Below, one piece after another: positions 18,267 to 28,295 of a DNA stretch of 64,000 nt. The DNA comes from Patescibacteria group bacterium (GTDB taxonomy: Bacteria; Patescibacteriota; Minisyncoccia; Minisyncoccales; JANBVM01). Below the pieces are notes generated by a model. It was not told the origin of the DNA. It saw only the letters and a list, made by a program, of their open reading frames with translations, and searched no databases. Numbering within the stretch: the stretch's first letter is position 1; every line of letters begins with the position of its first letter. The stretch is taken from contig JANBVL010000003.1 in assembly GCA_024238995.1 (NCBI GenBank), forward strand, positions 6,098 through 70,097. Direction: 5' to 3'. The translations under genes and the position numbers were made by a program.

Positions 18267-20012
18267 ATGCTCAAGATTTTTAAAACATTTTACAAATTCA
18301 TATTTAATTATAAAAAAAGATACATTATCTTTATTTTTATAATGACCTCTGCTGCAATTGTAAGCAATCTTATACCGCTTGTTTATAAGGCCTTGATTGA
18401 TGCAATTCCTTCTTATGATTATCAACTGCTGCTAAAAATTATAATGCTGTTTGTTGGTGTAAGGCTTGTTGGTAACTGGCTGCAAACTCTAAGCCGCTAT
18501 CTAGGAGATAAAATAATTCTTCCAGCAAGCAGAGATGTTAGAATACGCGTGTTCAAGCGCATTCAAGACTTAGATTTTGCTTTTCATGTTAATAAAAGCA
18601 CTGGTTCTTTAATTAGTGCTTTCAAAAGAGGAGATTCTGCATTTCATCATATTTTCAATAACCTGCATTTTAGCATTGCCCAGACAATAATAAGTTTGAT
18701 TATAGTAATATTTTTCTTTAATAGAATCACGCCTTTAATTTCCCTTTTAATGGTAGTGATATTTATAATCAATGGTTTAATTAGCTGGTTTTTAATTAAA
18801 TTCAATATTAAAAAAAGAAAGGCTTTTTTGAAGTCTGAAGATAATATCTCGGGCATTATTGCTGATAACATGATTAATTACGAAACAGTTAAATTCTTTG
18901 CCCAAGAAAAAAGAGAAGAAAACAGATTAAAAAAACAATTTAAAAATTGGCTTAAAAAACTCTGGGAATATGCAAACAGTTTTCGTTTAATGGAGATATC
19001 TATTGGAACTTTGTCCAATATCGGAATATTCGCTATTTTTTATATTGTTATTAACAAGCTGGTCAATGCTGAAATCACTATTGGTGATTTAGTTCTAGTT
19101 ATTAGCTTTACTACTGCTTTTTATTTTAGATTCTTTGACCTGCTTCATCGCTTAAGAGATATTGCTCAAAATTATGCTGATATTGAACGTTACTTTTCTG
19201 TTCTAGATGAAAATATATTAATCAAAGATCCAGTAAAACCTGTTAAAGTTAAAGAAATAAATGGAGAAATTCAATTTAATAATGTCAGTTTTAGTTATCC
19301 AGATAATGAAAAAGATCTGCTGTGTGATATTAATCTGCACATTAAACCTGGAGAATCAGTTGCTTTTGTAGGCCGTTCTGGTGTAGGGAAAACAACCATA
19401 ATTAGAATGCTTTTGAGATTTTACGATGTTAATAAGGGAAAAATATTAATTGATGGAATTAATATACGCGACCTAACCAAATCACAGCTCAGAAGCTTCA
19501 TTGGTGTTGTGCCCCAGGAACCAATTCTTTTTAATAATACAATTGGTTTTAATATCAGTTATGGCAATCCAACGGCAAAAAAAGATGACATCAAACAAGT
19601 TGTAAAAATGGCCAATCTTGACCGTTTTATCGGCAGTTTGTCCTTAGGTTATGAAACAATGGTTGGTGAAAGAGGAATTAAATTATCAGGTGGTCAAAAA
19701 CAACGATTGGCAATTGCCAGAATGCTTTTAATTAATCCGAAAATTATTATTTTCGATGAAGCAACCAGTAATCTTGATTCTGAATCAGAACGTTTGATTC
19801 AAGACGCTTTGTGGAAAATAGCTCGGAACAGAACAATTTTAATAATTGCTCATCGTTTTTCAACAATAAGGCGCGCTGATAAAATTATTGTTTTAGAACA
19901 AGGGAGAATCGTTGAATCAGGAACTCATCATGAATTAATTAAAAAAGCAGGCCTTTACTCCTACTTATGGAAACTCCAATCAAAAGAAAAAGAAACAGAA
20001 CTTTTACTATAA
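18267..20012 (+). CDS. ABC exporter, fused permease/ATPase (MsbA-like)
   Basis: 581 aa with a six-TM N-terminal half, Walker A GRSGVGKTT, signature LSGGQKQR and Walker B IIIFDEATS. Confidence 0.85.
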   Translation: MLKIFKTFYKFIFNYKKRYIIFIFIMTSAAIVSNLIPLVYKALIDAIPSYDYQLLLKIIMLFVGVRLVGNWLQTLSRYLGDKIILPASRDVRIRVFKRIQDLDFAFHVNKSTGSLISAFKRGDSAFHHIFNNLHFSIAQTIISLIIVIFFFNRITPLISLLMVVIFIINGLISWFLIKFNIKKRKAFLKSEDNISGIIADNMINYETVKFFAQEKREENRLKKQFKNWLKKLWEYANSFRLMEISIGTLSNIGIFAIFYIVINKLVNAEITIGDLVLVISFTTAFYFRFFDLLHRLRDIAQNYADIERYFSVLDENILIKDPVKPVKVKEINGEIQFNNVSFSYPDNEKDLLCDINLHIKPGESVAFVGRSGVGKTTIIRMLLRFYDVNKGKILIDGINIRDLTKSQLRSFIGVVPQEPILFNNTIGFNISYGNPTAKKDDIKQVVKMANLDRFIGSLSLGYETMVGERGIKLSGGQKQRLAIARMLLINPKIIIFDEATSNLDSESERLIQDALWKIARNRTILIIAHRFSTIRRADKIIVLEQGRIVESGTHHELIKKAGLYSYLWKLQSKEKETELLL

Positions 20013-20018
20013 ACCTTT

Positions 20019-21203
20019 TTAATGAAGACTTGACATAGCCCGACGGGCTGAAAAAATAGCCAAAATTATTCCTATAGCTCCTAAAGAGAAAATTATTACC
20101 CAAGAGACTCCAAGAGAAAAAAGAAAGAAAAGCAACGATAGGGCCAATATTCTTCCTGCACCCAAAGCAATTTCGCGACGAATTATAAACTCAAAAGGGT
20201 GAGCATTTTTTAAAGATTGTTCATACATAAAAATACTGAAAGGAATAGCAAAGAATATCCAAGCTCCTTGCTGTAAGGAATCAAAGATGAAAAGACTAAT
20301 CGGGGTTTGAGCAAAAGCTTTAAAAAACCAAATTATAGCAGCTATTGTTCCTCCCCAAAGAATGGCTTTTTTTTCTTTCCCTTTTTGAGCTAATCTGGAA
20401 GATTGAGTTAAGAGAATTAAAGAAAAGAAAACAGCTCCTGAGGTTAATACTCCCAAGGACTGGTAAGAATCTAAAATAGAAAAGGCAAAGAGAGGCCAGC
20501 AAACACTCCAGACAACTTGGTTTATTCCTTGGCCAAAAAAGGAAACGAGGAGATTTTGGTTATTTTTTTTCTTTAATCCTTTAATGATTCTTTTAGGAGA
20601 AGGAACTCCGTAGTCTTTATGGTGATGAGTAATAAATAGAGGAATAGAAGAAAGAAAAACAAGTAAGGCCGCCAAAGAATAAACAAGCGGAAAACCTGCT
20701 TGGCTAATAAGCACACCGCCAAGAAAAGGAGCGAGAGCCGAAGAAAAACGAAGAAGCATTCTTTCAATTTTTACATCTTCCTCAAACCCTCCTTCTGCCC
20801 CGTCTTCGGTAAAAATCAAATGATAAGGAAGCCAATAGAAAATAGTTTCCAAAGCTGAAAGAGCAGCCGCCGGAATCAAAAACAAAATATTGTTTTTAGC
20901 AAAGATTAAAAAAACAAATTTTAGAATAAGGATAAGGTTAGAAAACAAAATTGATCTGCGAAACCGAAGGCGGTATACAAGGGGGGCTACAAATATAGTT
21001 AACAAAAAGTTTCCTCCCCAAGAAATAGTGAAATATAAAAGAACCCAGAATAAGCTTTTGGTAAGATAAAAAATATAAAGAGGGACAAAAATTCCTGCCA
21101 ATGAAAGGGCTGTTTTTCGGAAAAAAATATTTAGATATAAAGAAGAAGGTTTCCCTCGGCGTAAATGATTGTCAAAAAAGTTTAAAAAATTATGAAAAGC
21201 CAT
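20019..21203 (-). CDS. polytopic membrane transporter, MFS-like
   Basis: 394 aa with about 12 hydrophobic segments and a central basic loop. No specific signature was recognised. Confidence 0.5.
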   Translation of the reverse strand: MAFHNFLNFFDNHLRRGKPSSLYLNIFFRKTALSLAGIFVPLYIFYLTKSLFWVLLYFTISWGGNFLLTIFVAPLVYRLRFRRSILFSNLILILKFVFLIFAKNNILFLIPAAALSALETIFYWLPYHLIFTEDGAEGGFEEDVKIERMLLRFSSALAPFLGGVLISQAGFPLVYSLAALLVFLSSIPLFITHHHKDYGVPSPKRIIKGLKKKNNQNLLVSFFGQGINQVVWSVCWPLFAFSILDSYQSLGVLTSGAVFFSLILLTQSSRLAQKGKEKKAILWGGTIAAIIWFFKAFAQTPISLFIFDSLQQGAWIFFAIPFSIFMYEQSLKNAHPFEFIIRREIALGAGRILALSLLFFLFSLGVSWVIIFSLGAIGIILAIFSARRAMSSLH

Positions 21204-21241
21204 ATTATACCTTTACTGAATCTCTTTGCCTCAATTTTATC

Positions 21242-21267
21242 AAAAAATCGCCCAAAGAGCGATTTTT
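21242..21267 (-). terminator. intrinsic terminator after tRNA-Gln
   Basis: The RNA reads AAAAAUCGC-UCUUUGG-GCGAUUUUUU followed by GAUAAAAUU. Confidence 0.55.
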
Positions 21268-21273
21268 AATTTG

Positions 21274-21344
21274 CTGGAGGGCTAGGATTCGAACCTAGAT
21301 CCCAGGTGCCAGAAACCTGTCGCCTACCATTAGCATACCCTCCA
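21274..21344 (-). tRNA. tRNA-Gln (anticodon CUG)
   Basis: Folded by hand into a 71-nt cloverleaf. Acceptor stem UGGAGGG/CCCUCCA with the U1-A72 pair typical of bacterial tRNA-Gln. Anticodon stem-loop CAGGU-UUCUGGC-ACCUG. T-arm CUAGG-UUCGAAU-CCUAG. CCA is not encoded. Confidence 0.9.
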
Positions 21345-21348
21345 ATAA

Positions 21349-22257
21349 TTAAACTTTAAGATATTTTTTAATTGCAATATTGCTAGACATTATTCCCAAC
21401 CCTATTCCAGTAAACAGCTGGATAAAAAGTAATAACCAGAAATTACTAACAAATAGTTGGAATATATCAAGCCCGTAGAACAAACTTTCAAATCTTGAGG
21501 CCAATGACCAACTTAACAAACCAAACAATAAAAGACAAATTAAACTACCAACCAGCCCTGCTAAGGCTCCTTGGATTAGAAATGGCCCTTTAATTGACAA
21601 GTTAGATGCACCAACAAGCCTTTGAATCTTAATCTCTTCGCTTGAGTTATAAATAGAGAGCCTGATAGTATTGAAAGTTGTTAAAGCTGCAGTTGCAATT
21701 AAAGCCAAGGCAGCAAGAATTCCAATCCTGTAAGCAGCAGAAGTTAATGATGCAATTTTTTCAATAATTGATTTTCTTTCAAAATAATCAATCTTTTCAA
21801 TCATGTCTCCGAAATCAGCTGTTTGTAAAAAATTAGATACTATTCCATACTGACTTGGTTCCCAAGCTTTAATCGTTAAAGACGCTAAAAAAGGATTTCT
21901 ACCAACTTCTTCGACTGATTCTATTAATGTTGGATCATTCTCATGACGCTCAATAAATTCTACTAAAGCCTGGTCAGGAGAAACATATTCTACTTTTTTA
22001 ACTTCAGGAAATTTAGATATTTCTTTCTGAATTCCTAAAATATCATTTTCATCTGTTTCTTCTTTGAAATACACTGAAATATCAATTTTTTCTTGAGTGC
22101 TTGCAATTATAAATTGGCTTGTCTTGGCAAAAAGAAAAAGAGAACTAACTAAACAAGCTGCTAAAAACAAAGTAAAAATGGTAGCTAAAGCAATTTCTTT
22201 ATCTCTTGAAAAAATATTCCAACCTGAACGAATTATTCTTTTAATTGGGGTGAACAT
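21349..22257 (-). CDS. ftsX: cell division permease FtsX
   Basis: 302 aa with FtsX topology (TM, extracytoplasmic domain, then 3 TM). It lies immediately downstream of ftsE. Confidence 0.85.
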   Translation of the reverse strand: MFTPIKRIIRSGWNIFSRDKEIALATIFTLFLAACLVSSLFLFAKTSQFIIASTQEKIDISVYFKEETDENDILGIQKEISKFPEVKKVEYVSPDQALVEFIERHENDPTLIESVEEVGRNPFLASLTIKAWEPSQYGIVSNFLQTADFGDMIEKIDYFERKSIIEKIASLTSAAYRIGILAALALIATAALTTFNTIRLSIYNSSEEIKIQRLVGASNLSIKGPFLIQGALAGLVGSLICLLLFGLLSWSLASRFESLFYGLDIFQLFVSNFWLLLFIQLFTGIGLGIMSSNIAIKKYLKV

Positions 22258-22277
22258 AGTTTTATTAGCTATTAGTT

Positions 22278-22976
22278 TTAAAGTATGAATCTTCCTCTTT
22301 TTTCATCTCTTGTAATTTTTCCATCTTCTAAAGTAATCACTCTTTTACCCAGCTTATTGATAACCTCCTTGTCATGAGTAGACAGTACAACTGTTGTTCC
22401 CATTTTATTTATTTTTACTAAAAGTTCAATAATATCCAAAGTATGATATGGATCTAAATTTCCTGTTGGCTCATCAGCTAAAATAATTTCAGGCCTATGA
22501 ATTAAAGCCCGGGCAATAGCTGCTCTTTGTTTTTCTCCTCCTGAAAGCTGAGTTGGGAAATTGTCTGCCTTGTCCTTCAATCCAACTATTTCTAAAATTA
22601 TTGGCACAGCTCTTTTAATTTCCTTGTCTGAAGCGCCAATTGTTTCAAGAATATAGCTGACATTTTCATAAGTTGTTTTTGAAGAAAGAAGCTTGTAATC
22701 CTGAAATACTGCACCTATTTTTCTTCTTAAATATGGCAAATCTTCTGATTTAATTTTATGAACATCTTGATCTTTAAAAAACACCCTTCCTTTTGTTGGT
22801 TCTTCTTCAGCTAAAAGAAGTTTAAGCAAGGTTGTTTTGCCAGCGCCTGATTTTCCAACAATTGAAATAAAATCTTTTGCCTTTATTTCAAAAGATACGT
22901 CTGCTAAAGCTATTGTTGGCTTGGAATTAACTGTACAGGCTGGATAAATTTTAGAAATATTTTCAAATTTAATCAT
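22278..22976 (-). CDS. ftsE: cell division ATP-binding protein FtsE
   Basis: 232 aa with Walker A GKSGAGKTT, LSGGEKQR and ILADEPTGNLD. Confidence 0.9.
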   Translation of the reverse strand: MIKFENISKIYPACTVNSKPTIALADVSFEIKAKDFISIVGKSGAGKTTLLKLLLAEEEPTKGRVFFKDQDVHKIKSEDLPYLRRKIGAVFQDYKLLSSKTTYENVSYILETIGASDKEIKRAVPIILEIVGLKDKADNFPTQLSGGEKQRAAIARALIHRPEIILADEPTGNLDPYHTLDIIELLVKINKMGTTVVLSTHDKEVINKLGKRVITLEDGKITRDEKRGRFIL

Positions 22977-24037
22977 TTTTTAATTTAATTTCAGCTTCAA
23001 TAAATTCATCTAATTTGCCGTTTAGCACCTCATCTACTTGGGCAGTTTCAATGTTAGTTCTTAAATCTTTAACCAGCTTATATGGATGAAGCACATAACT
23101 TCTTATTTGATTTCCCCAGCTGGCAGAAGTTTTTTCACCTTTTACTTTGGAAACTTCTTTCTTCTGTTTCTCCTTATAGAACTTATAAAGCCGTGAATAA
23201 AGAACCTCTGTTGCCTTTTTTTTATTATTAGCCTGTGATCTTTCCGACTGACAGGACGCAATAATCTTAGTTGGTAAATGAGTAATCCTTACTGCTGTTT
23301 CACGCTTGTTAACATACTGACCCCCTGGACCTGATGCCCTGAAATACTCAGTCCTTAAATCTTCTGGTTTTACTTCAATATCTTTTTCATCAAGCTTTTT
23401 TACCTCAGGCATTACTTCCACTGAAGCAAAAGAAGTGTGTCTTAATTTTTTAGGAGAAAAGGGCGAAAGTCTGACTAATCTATGAGTCCCATTTTCATTT
23501 TTCAAAATTCCATAAGCAAACCTTCCTTTAATTTCCAGCGTCACTGATTTTGTACCAATTCTTCCTTCAGGTCCTCCTCCTTCGCCAAAAGATTGATCCA
23601 GTATTTTTATTTTAAAATCCTTGTCTTCACAATATCTTTCATACATTCTTAAAAGCATTGTTGCCCAGTCTTGAGCATCTTGTCCTCCAGCACCAGAATA
23701 AATTGATAAAATTGCATTTCCTTTGTCATATTTTCCAGAAAAAAGAACTTGAATCTCTTTTTCTTTTAATTTGCCTTCAATTTCTTCAATCTTTTCTTCA
23801 GTTTTAATATTTTCAATTTCTTTTTTTAATGAATCAAACTCAATTAATTCATCAGTTAATTGGCTGAATTCCTGATTTAATTCTATCGCTTTTTCTTTAT
23901 TTTTCCAAAGATCTGGATCTTGAACTTGTTTTTCTAGCTCTTTTAACCTTGTGCGCCTATTTTCAATGTCAAAGATAGTCCTCTAAAAAGAGGTGTTTAT
24001 TTTTTAAACCTTGAATTTTCTCACTTAAGTTTTCCAT
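22969..24037 (-). CDS. prfB: peptide chain release factor 2, requires programmed +1 frameshift
   Basis: Frame 0 runs from ATG 24037 (MENLSEKIQGLKNKHLFLEDYL) to the in-frame TGA at 23971-23969. The +1 frame runs from GAC at 23970 and was translated by hand with no stop down to 22969. It contains the SPF (RLSPFSPKK) and GGQ (SGPGGQYVN) motifs. The ORF track shows only the C-terminal 229 aa. Confidence 0.93.
23968..23983 (-). promoter_or_regulatory. RF2 autoregulatory +1 frameshift site
   Basis: The mRNA reads GAG GAC UAU CUU UGA C. This is the canonical CUU UGA C slippery/stop context with a purine-rich GAGGA element 3 nt upstream. Confidence 0.85.
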
Positions 24038-24085
24038 ATTAAAAACATTATCATAAATTTATGTAAAATAAAAGAGAAATTTTTG

Positions 24086-24158
24086 AGCCAGTGGTCAGGA
24101 TTGAACTGACGGCCTAATACTTACGAAGTATTTGCTCTACCAACTGAGCTACACTGGC
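24086..24158 (-). tRNA. tRNA-Thr (anticodon CGU)
   Basis: 73-nt cloverleaf: GCCAGUG-UA-GCUC-AGUUGGUA-GAGC-A-AAUAC-UUCGUAA-GUAUU-AGGCC-GUCAG-UUCAAUC-CUGAC-CACUGGC-U. Confidence 0.9.
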
Positions 24159-24165
24159 AGCTATA

Positions 24166-24236
24166 AGCAGGTGACGGGAATCGAACCCGCGTAACTTGCT
24201 TGGGAAGCAAGCACACTGCCATTATGTTACACCTGC
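24166..24236 (-). tRNA. tRNA-Gly (anticodon CCC)
   Basis: 71-nt cloverleaf with acceptor GCAGGUG/CACCUGC, anticodon arm CUUGC-UUCCCAA-GCAAG and T-loop UUCGAUU. Confidence 0.9.
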
Positions 24237-24240
24237 AACA

Positions 24241-24645
24241 TTAGTTATTAAAAAAACTTTTAATGCCTTCAAATATTTTTTGAAAAAAGTTTTGTTCTGT
24301 AGATGATTCCTGAACCTCGCTTTGCTCTGATCCTAAAATCACAACCTGCTCTTCGCCCTCCTTAACATAACCTTGCTCCCTTATCTTTTCTTCCCAATAA
24401 ATGTCTTTCTGGGTCTGGGAAATCCCAGCCTCAAGATTCTGCCTTTCAGCTTCCAAGGCTTGTATTTCTTCTGTTAACTCTTCAATTTTTTCATTTAACA
24501 CTCCTCTTTTTTTAATAATTCTGTAATTTGAAACAATCAAAAAACCTGCCAAAAAAACAATTAAGAAAATAAAAATACCCTGAAAAATAGTATCTTCATT
24601 GATTCTAAATTTACTCTTTTTTTGTTTTTTAGATTTTGCTATCAT
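24241..24645 (-). CDS. septum formation initiator family protein (FtsB/DivIC-like)
   Basis: 134 aa with a basic N-terminus, a single TM, a coiled coil (EELTEEIQALEAERQNLEA), then EEKIREQGYVKEGEEQVVIL, which is typical of DivIC/FtsB. Confidence 0.7.
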   Translation of the reverse strand: MIAKSKKQKKSKFRINEDTIFQGIFIFLIVFLAGFLIVSNYRIIKKRGVLNEKIEELTEEIQALEAERQNLEAGISQTQKDIYWEEKIREQGYVKEGEEQVVILGSEQSEVQESSTEQNFFQKIFEGIKSFFNN

Positions 24646-24655
24646 AAGTTAATGT

Positions 24656-24763
24656 ATGAATAAAAATCAATCTCAGAAATTATTTAAAACAGTTTGGATT
24701 TTCATAGTGGTTTTGGTTGTTTTAAGCATGCTTTCATTCCTACTTGCTCCTTTGCTTCAATAA
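24656..24763 (+). CDS. possible small membrane protein (35 aa)
   Basis: An unlisted ORF encoding MNKNQSQKLFKTVWIFIVVLVVLSMLSFLLAPLLQ, i.e. a basic N-terminus plus one TM. It fills an otherwise empty 139-bp gap. Coding status is unproven. Confidence 0.25.
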   Translation: MNKNQSQKLFKTVWIFIVVLVVLSMLSFLLAPLLQ

Positions 24764-24784
24764 TAATAAAGCTTTAAGCTAATA

Positions 24785-26578
24785 TCAACCCTGTTTAAAC
24801 ATTTCCAAAAAAACTTTTGAAGGGATACTTACTTGCCCTCTTGCTTTAAGTTTCTTTTTTCCTTTTTTCTGTCTTTCTAAAAGCTTTCTTTTTCTTGTCA
24901 CATCACCTCCATATAAAGGCGCGGTAACATCTCTTCTCCTTGCTTTTATTGTTTCTCTGGCAATAATTTTTCCTGAAATTACTGCCTGAACTGGAACAGA
25001 AAATAATTGAGCTGGTAAAATCTCTTTTAATTTTGAAACTATTTTCTTTCCTTCGCTATGCGCATCAGACTGTTCAACAACTCTTGAAAAAACACTTTCT
25101 TTCTTTCCTGCAATTAAAACATCAAGTTTTATTAAATTAGCAGGCCTGTAGCCTAAAACCTCATAATTCATTGAAGCAAAACCCTGGCTTATTCCTTTTA
25201 GCTTATCAAAAAACCCAACAATTATTTTTCTAAGTGGTATTTCATAAATTAAAATCAATCTTTCATTGCTTAAATATTTGTTTTCAATTTGAATTGCTTT
25301 TGATTCTTTTAAAAGATCTGAAACTACTCCCAGATAATTGACTGGCGTAATTACTTCCAACATTACCCAGGGTTCTTGTGTCTCATTGATGGTGCTTCTA
25401 TCTGGCCAATCACTAGCAGAATAAATGAACTTTTCATTATTTTTTTTATCAATTATTTTATAAACAACAGATGGAGTTGAAATTATTAAATCCAGGCTGA
25501 ATTCTCTTTTTAATCTTTCGCAAATTATCTCAGCATGAAGTGAGCCTAAAAATCCACAACGAAAACCTCTGCCTAAAAATTCTTTTCTTTCTTTTTCAAA
25601 AACAAACGATGCGTCATTTAGTTTTAATTTTTTAAAAGCATCTGAAAGCACTTCAAAATCATTTGGGTTCTCAGGATAAATTGAAGCAAAAACCATTGAC
25701 TTTGGCTCTTTATACCCAGGAAAAGCTGAAATTTCTTTAGTTGTTGTAGTTGTGATTGTTTCTCCCACTCTTACGCTTGCAGTCTCTTTAACTCCAGTAG
25801 CAATGTATCCAATCTCCCCTGCTCTAAGTTCATCACAAACCTTAAGCTCTGGTGAAAAATATCCTACTTCTTTTACCTGAGTTTGGATTTTAGTTTGAAC
25901 TAAATAAATTTTGTCACCGGCTTTAACTTTTCCATCAAACAACCTTACATAAGCAATTACTCCTTTGTAAGAATCGTATTTTGAATCAAATACCAATGCC
26001 CTTAAAGGCTTATCTTCATCTCCTTCTGGCGCAGGGATTTTTAAAACAGTCGCCTTTAAAAGACTTTCGACATTGGTTCCAGTTTTACCTGAAATAGCAA
26101 AAATCTCATTTTGAGAAATATTGAGCAAATTAGATATGTCTTGCTTTGTTTCTTCAACTTGGGCATGAGCAAGGTCAATTTTATTGGCAGCTGAAATAAT
26201 AACCACATTTTGTTTTTGAGCCAAATCTAAATTAGCCAGCGTTTGAGCTTGGATTCCTTTTGTTGCATCAACAAGTAAGATCCCGCCTTCCACTGCTGCC
26301 AAACTGCGGGAAACTTCATAATTAAAATCAACATGACCAGGAGTATCTATTAAATTAAGCATGTATTGCTTTCCATCAATAGTCCAGTTCATCCTCACTG
26401 GCTGCATTTTAATTGTAATTCCTTTTTCTCTTTCTAAGTCCATCATGTCTAGAAAACGAGAACGCATCTTATCAGAAGGTATGGTCTTTGTAATTTCTAA
26501 AAACCTATCAGCTAAAGTTGATTTTCCATGGTCAATGTGGGAAAAAATAACAAAGTTTCTAATATTGTTCATAATCAT
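24785..26578 (-). CDS. lepA: elongation factor 4 (LepA)
   Basis: 597 aa with GTPase motifs HIDHGKSTL, DTPGHVDF and NKID, plus a LepA-type C-terminal domain. Confidence 0.93.
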   Translation of the reverse strand: MIMNNIRNFVIFSHIDHGKSTLADRFLEITKTIPSDKMRSRFLDMMDLEREKGITIKMQPVRMNWTIDGKQYMLNLIDTPGHVDFNYEVSRSLAAVEGGILLVDATKGIQAQTLANLDLAQKQNVVIISAANKIDLAHAQVEETKQDISNLLNISQNEIFAISGKTGTNVESLLKATVLKIPAPEGDEDKPLRALVFDSKYDSYKGVIAYVRLFDGKVKAGDKIYLVQTKIQTQVKEVGYFSPELKVCDELRAGEIGYIATGVKETASVRVGETITTTTTKEISAFPGYKEPKSMVFASIYPENPNDFEVLSDAFKKLKLNDASFVFEKERKEFLGRGFRCGFLGSLHAEIICERLKREFSLDLIISTPSVVYKIIDKKNNEKFIYSASDWPDRSTINETQEPWVMLEVITPVNYLGVVSDLLKESKAIQIENKYLSNERLILIYEIPLRKIIVGFFDKLKGISQGFASMNYEVLGYRPANLIKLDVLIAGKKESVFSRVVEQSDAHSEGKKIVSKLKEILPAQLFSVPVQAVISGKIIARETIKARRRDVTAPLYGGDVTRKRKLLERQKKGKKKLKARGQVSIPSKVFLEMFKQG

Positions 26579-28226
26579 GAATCCTAGACAAAAACTTATC
26601 AGAAATCAAAGACTTAATACTTTTTATTTCCGGAGAACCTAAAATATTAGTGATTAAAATATATGCTAAAGATCCAACCAAGCCAATAACTACAATCTGA
26701 TAAATCATAAACTTCGTGGTTTGATTTGCAAAAAATGACTCAAAATTAGAAAACATAAGGCTAATTGAAACTATCATTAAAAAACCAGCAACCACTGTTT
26801 TATAAAAAGAATTAAGTATCTCTTGTATTTTAAAATCACCAATCCTTTTTTTAAGAAAAACAATAAACAAGCTAAATTCAAGGCTTAAGCTAACCAAATA
26901 AGCCAAGGGGAAAGCTAAAACAGAAATGTCACTTATCCCATAAAGAGAAAACTTATCAACCAAAAACCCATGCAAGTTTTGATAGTTAGGCATTTGCAGT
27001 GCTTTTATTAAAAACAAACTTATCCAAATATTTAAAACTACAAAAATCAAAGCTAAAATAGTTGGTGTTTTTGTATCTTTAATTGAAAAGAATGCTCTGA
27101 AAAATAAAGGTCTAAGTGTCGCAAATAAAGTGCCAAAACAAAACAATCCAATACTAGCAGCAACAAGATTTGCAGCTTCAGCACTAAATTGACCATGTTT
27201 TAGAATAAGGCCAACAATCTGATTTCTTAAAAAAAATATTAAAATACTTGTTGGCACTATCAAATAAATAATTTGGCGAAAGGTAGAAGAAAAATTATCA
27301 ATAAACACTCTTTTATCATTGTTAACTTGGGATTTTGACAGTTTGGGGAAAATTGCTGTTGCCAAAGAAACACCAACAATAACAATTGGGAAAAGCCTAA
27401 TATTATTTGCAAAATTAAAAATAGAAATAGAACCAATCGCCAAGGTTGAAGCAATAGCATTAATAATAATGGCATTAATCTGCAAACTTGAAACGCCAAA
27501 AACCCTGGGACCCATTAAAAGAAATATTTTTTTAATCTTTTTATCTTTTAAATTAAAAATTGGTCTGTATTTAAATCCAGAGTTTATTGCCGCAGGAACC
27601 TGTATTAAAAAATGCAAAAAAGCACCAGCAACAACGCCGATGGCAACTCCTAAAATGCCAAAAGATTTTGAAAAAAATAAAATTCCAAATATTATTGATA
27701 TGTTATAAATAATTGGAGCAAGACTATAAACTAAAAATCTATTGAAATATTGTAAAACACCAGAAAAAATTGAGCTTATTCCAAAAAATATTGGGCTTAA
27801 CAACATTAACCTTGTAAGAAATATTGTTTTATTAAGTTGTTCTGGATTAAAACCAGGAAGAATAAGTTTGGTCAATACAGGAGCAAAAACAAAAATAATT
27901 AAAGAAAAACAAATTAAAAAAAATAAAAAAACATTTAAAAAATTTGAAACAAAATCCCATGTTTTTTCTTTTTCTTTTGAAAAATACTCTGAAAACAAAG
28001 GCAAAAAAGCTGCTACCACTCCTCCTAAAATAAACATGTAGTAAACAAGGTCAGGAATTTTAAAAGCAGCAAAATAAATATCAAGCTCTTGTCCAGCCCC
28101 AAAGTTCTTAGCAAGCAGCCAATCTCTTGCCACACCTAAAACCCTGCTTATTAAATACGATGCTGCCAAAATCACTGCAGCTGAACCAGTTCTCTTTGTC
28201 TGATGGTTAAGAAAATTAAGACTCAT
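26559..28226 (-). CDS. murJ: lipid II flippase MurJ
   Basis: 555 aa, about 14 TM, with a MurJ/MviN-type N-terminus (SRVLGVARDWLLAKNFGAGQELDIYFAAFKIPD). Confidence 0.85.
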   Translation of the reverse strand: MSLNFLNHQTKRTGSAAVILAASYLISRVLGVARDWLLAKNFGAGQELDIYFAAFKIPDLVYYMFILGGVVAAFLPLFSEYFSKEKEKTWDFVSNFLNVFLFFLICFSLIIFVFAPVLTKLILPGFNPEQLNKTIFLTRLMLLSPIFFGISSIFSGVLQYFNRFLVYSLAPIIYNISIIFGILFFSKSFGILGVAIGVVAGAFLHFLIQVPAAINSGFKYRPIFNLKDKKIKKIFLLMGPRVFGVSSLQINAIIINAIASTLAIGSISIFNFANNIRLFPIVIVGVSLATAIFPKLSKSQVNNDKRVFIDNFSSTFRQIIYLIVPTSILIFFLRNQIVGLILKHGQFSAEAANLVAASIGLFCFGTLFATLRPLFFRAFFSIKDTKTPTILALIFVVLNIWISLFLIKALQMPNYQNLHGFLVDKFSLYGISDISVLAFPLAYLVSLSLEFSLFIVFLKKRIGDFKIQEILNSFYKTVVAGFLMIVSISLMFSNFESFFANQTTKFMIYQIVVIGLVGSLAYILITNILGSPEIKSIKSLISDKFLSRIHDYEQY

Positions 28227-28259
28227 GAATATATGGCTATTTTACATTAATTATCCAAT

Positions 28260-28288
28260 TTGACAAACTAAGACAAATTTAGTACAAT
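28260..28288 (+). promoter_or_regulatory. near-consensus sigma70 promoter of rnpB
   Basis: TTGACA (28260-28265), 17 bp, TACAAT (28283-28288). The predicted start falls about 7 nt downstream, at the 5' strand of the P1 helix. Confidence 0.7.
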
Positions 28289-28295
28289 ATATTTA

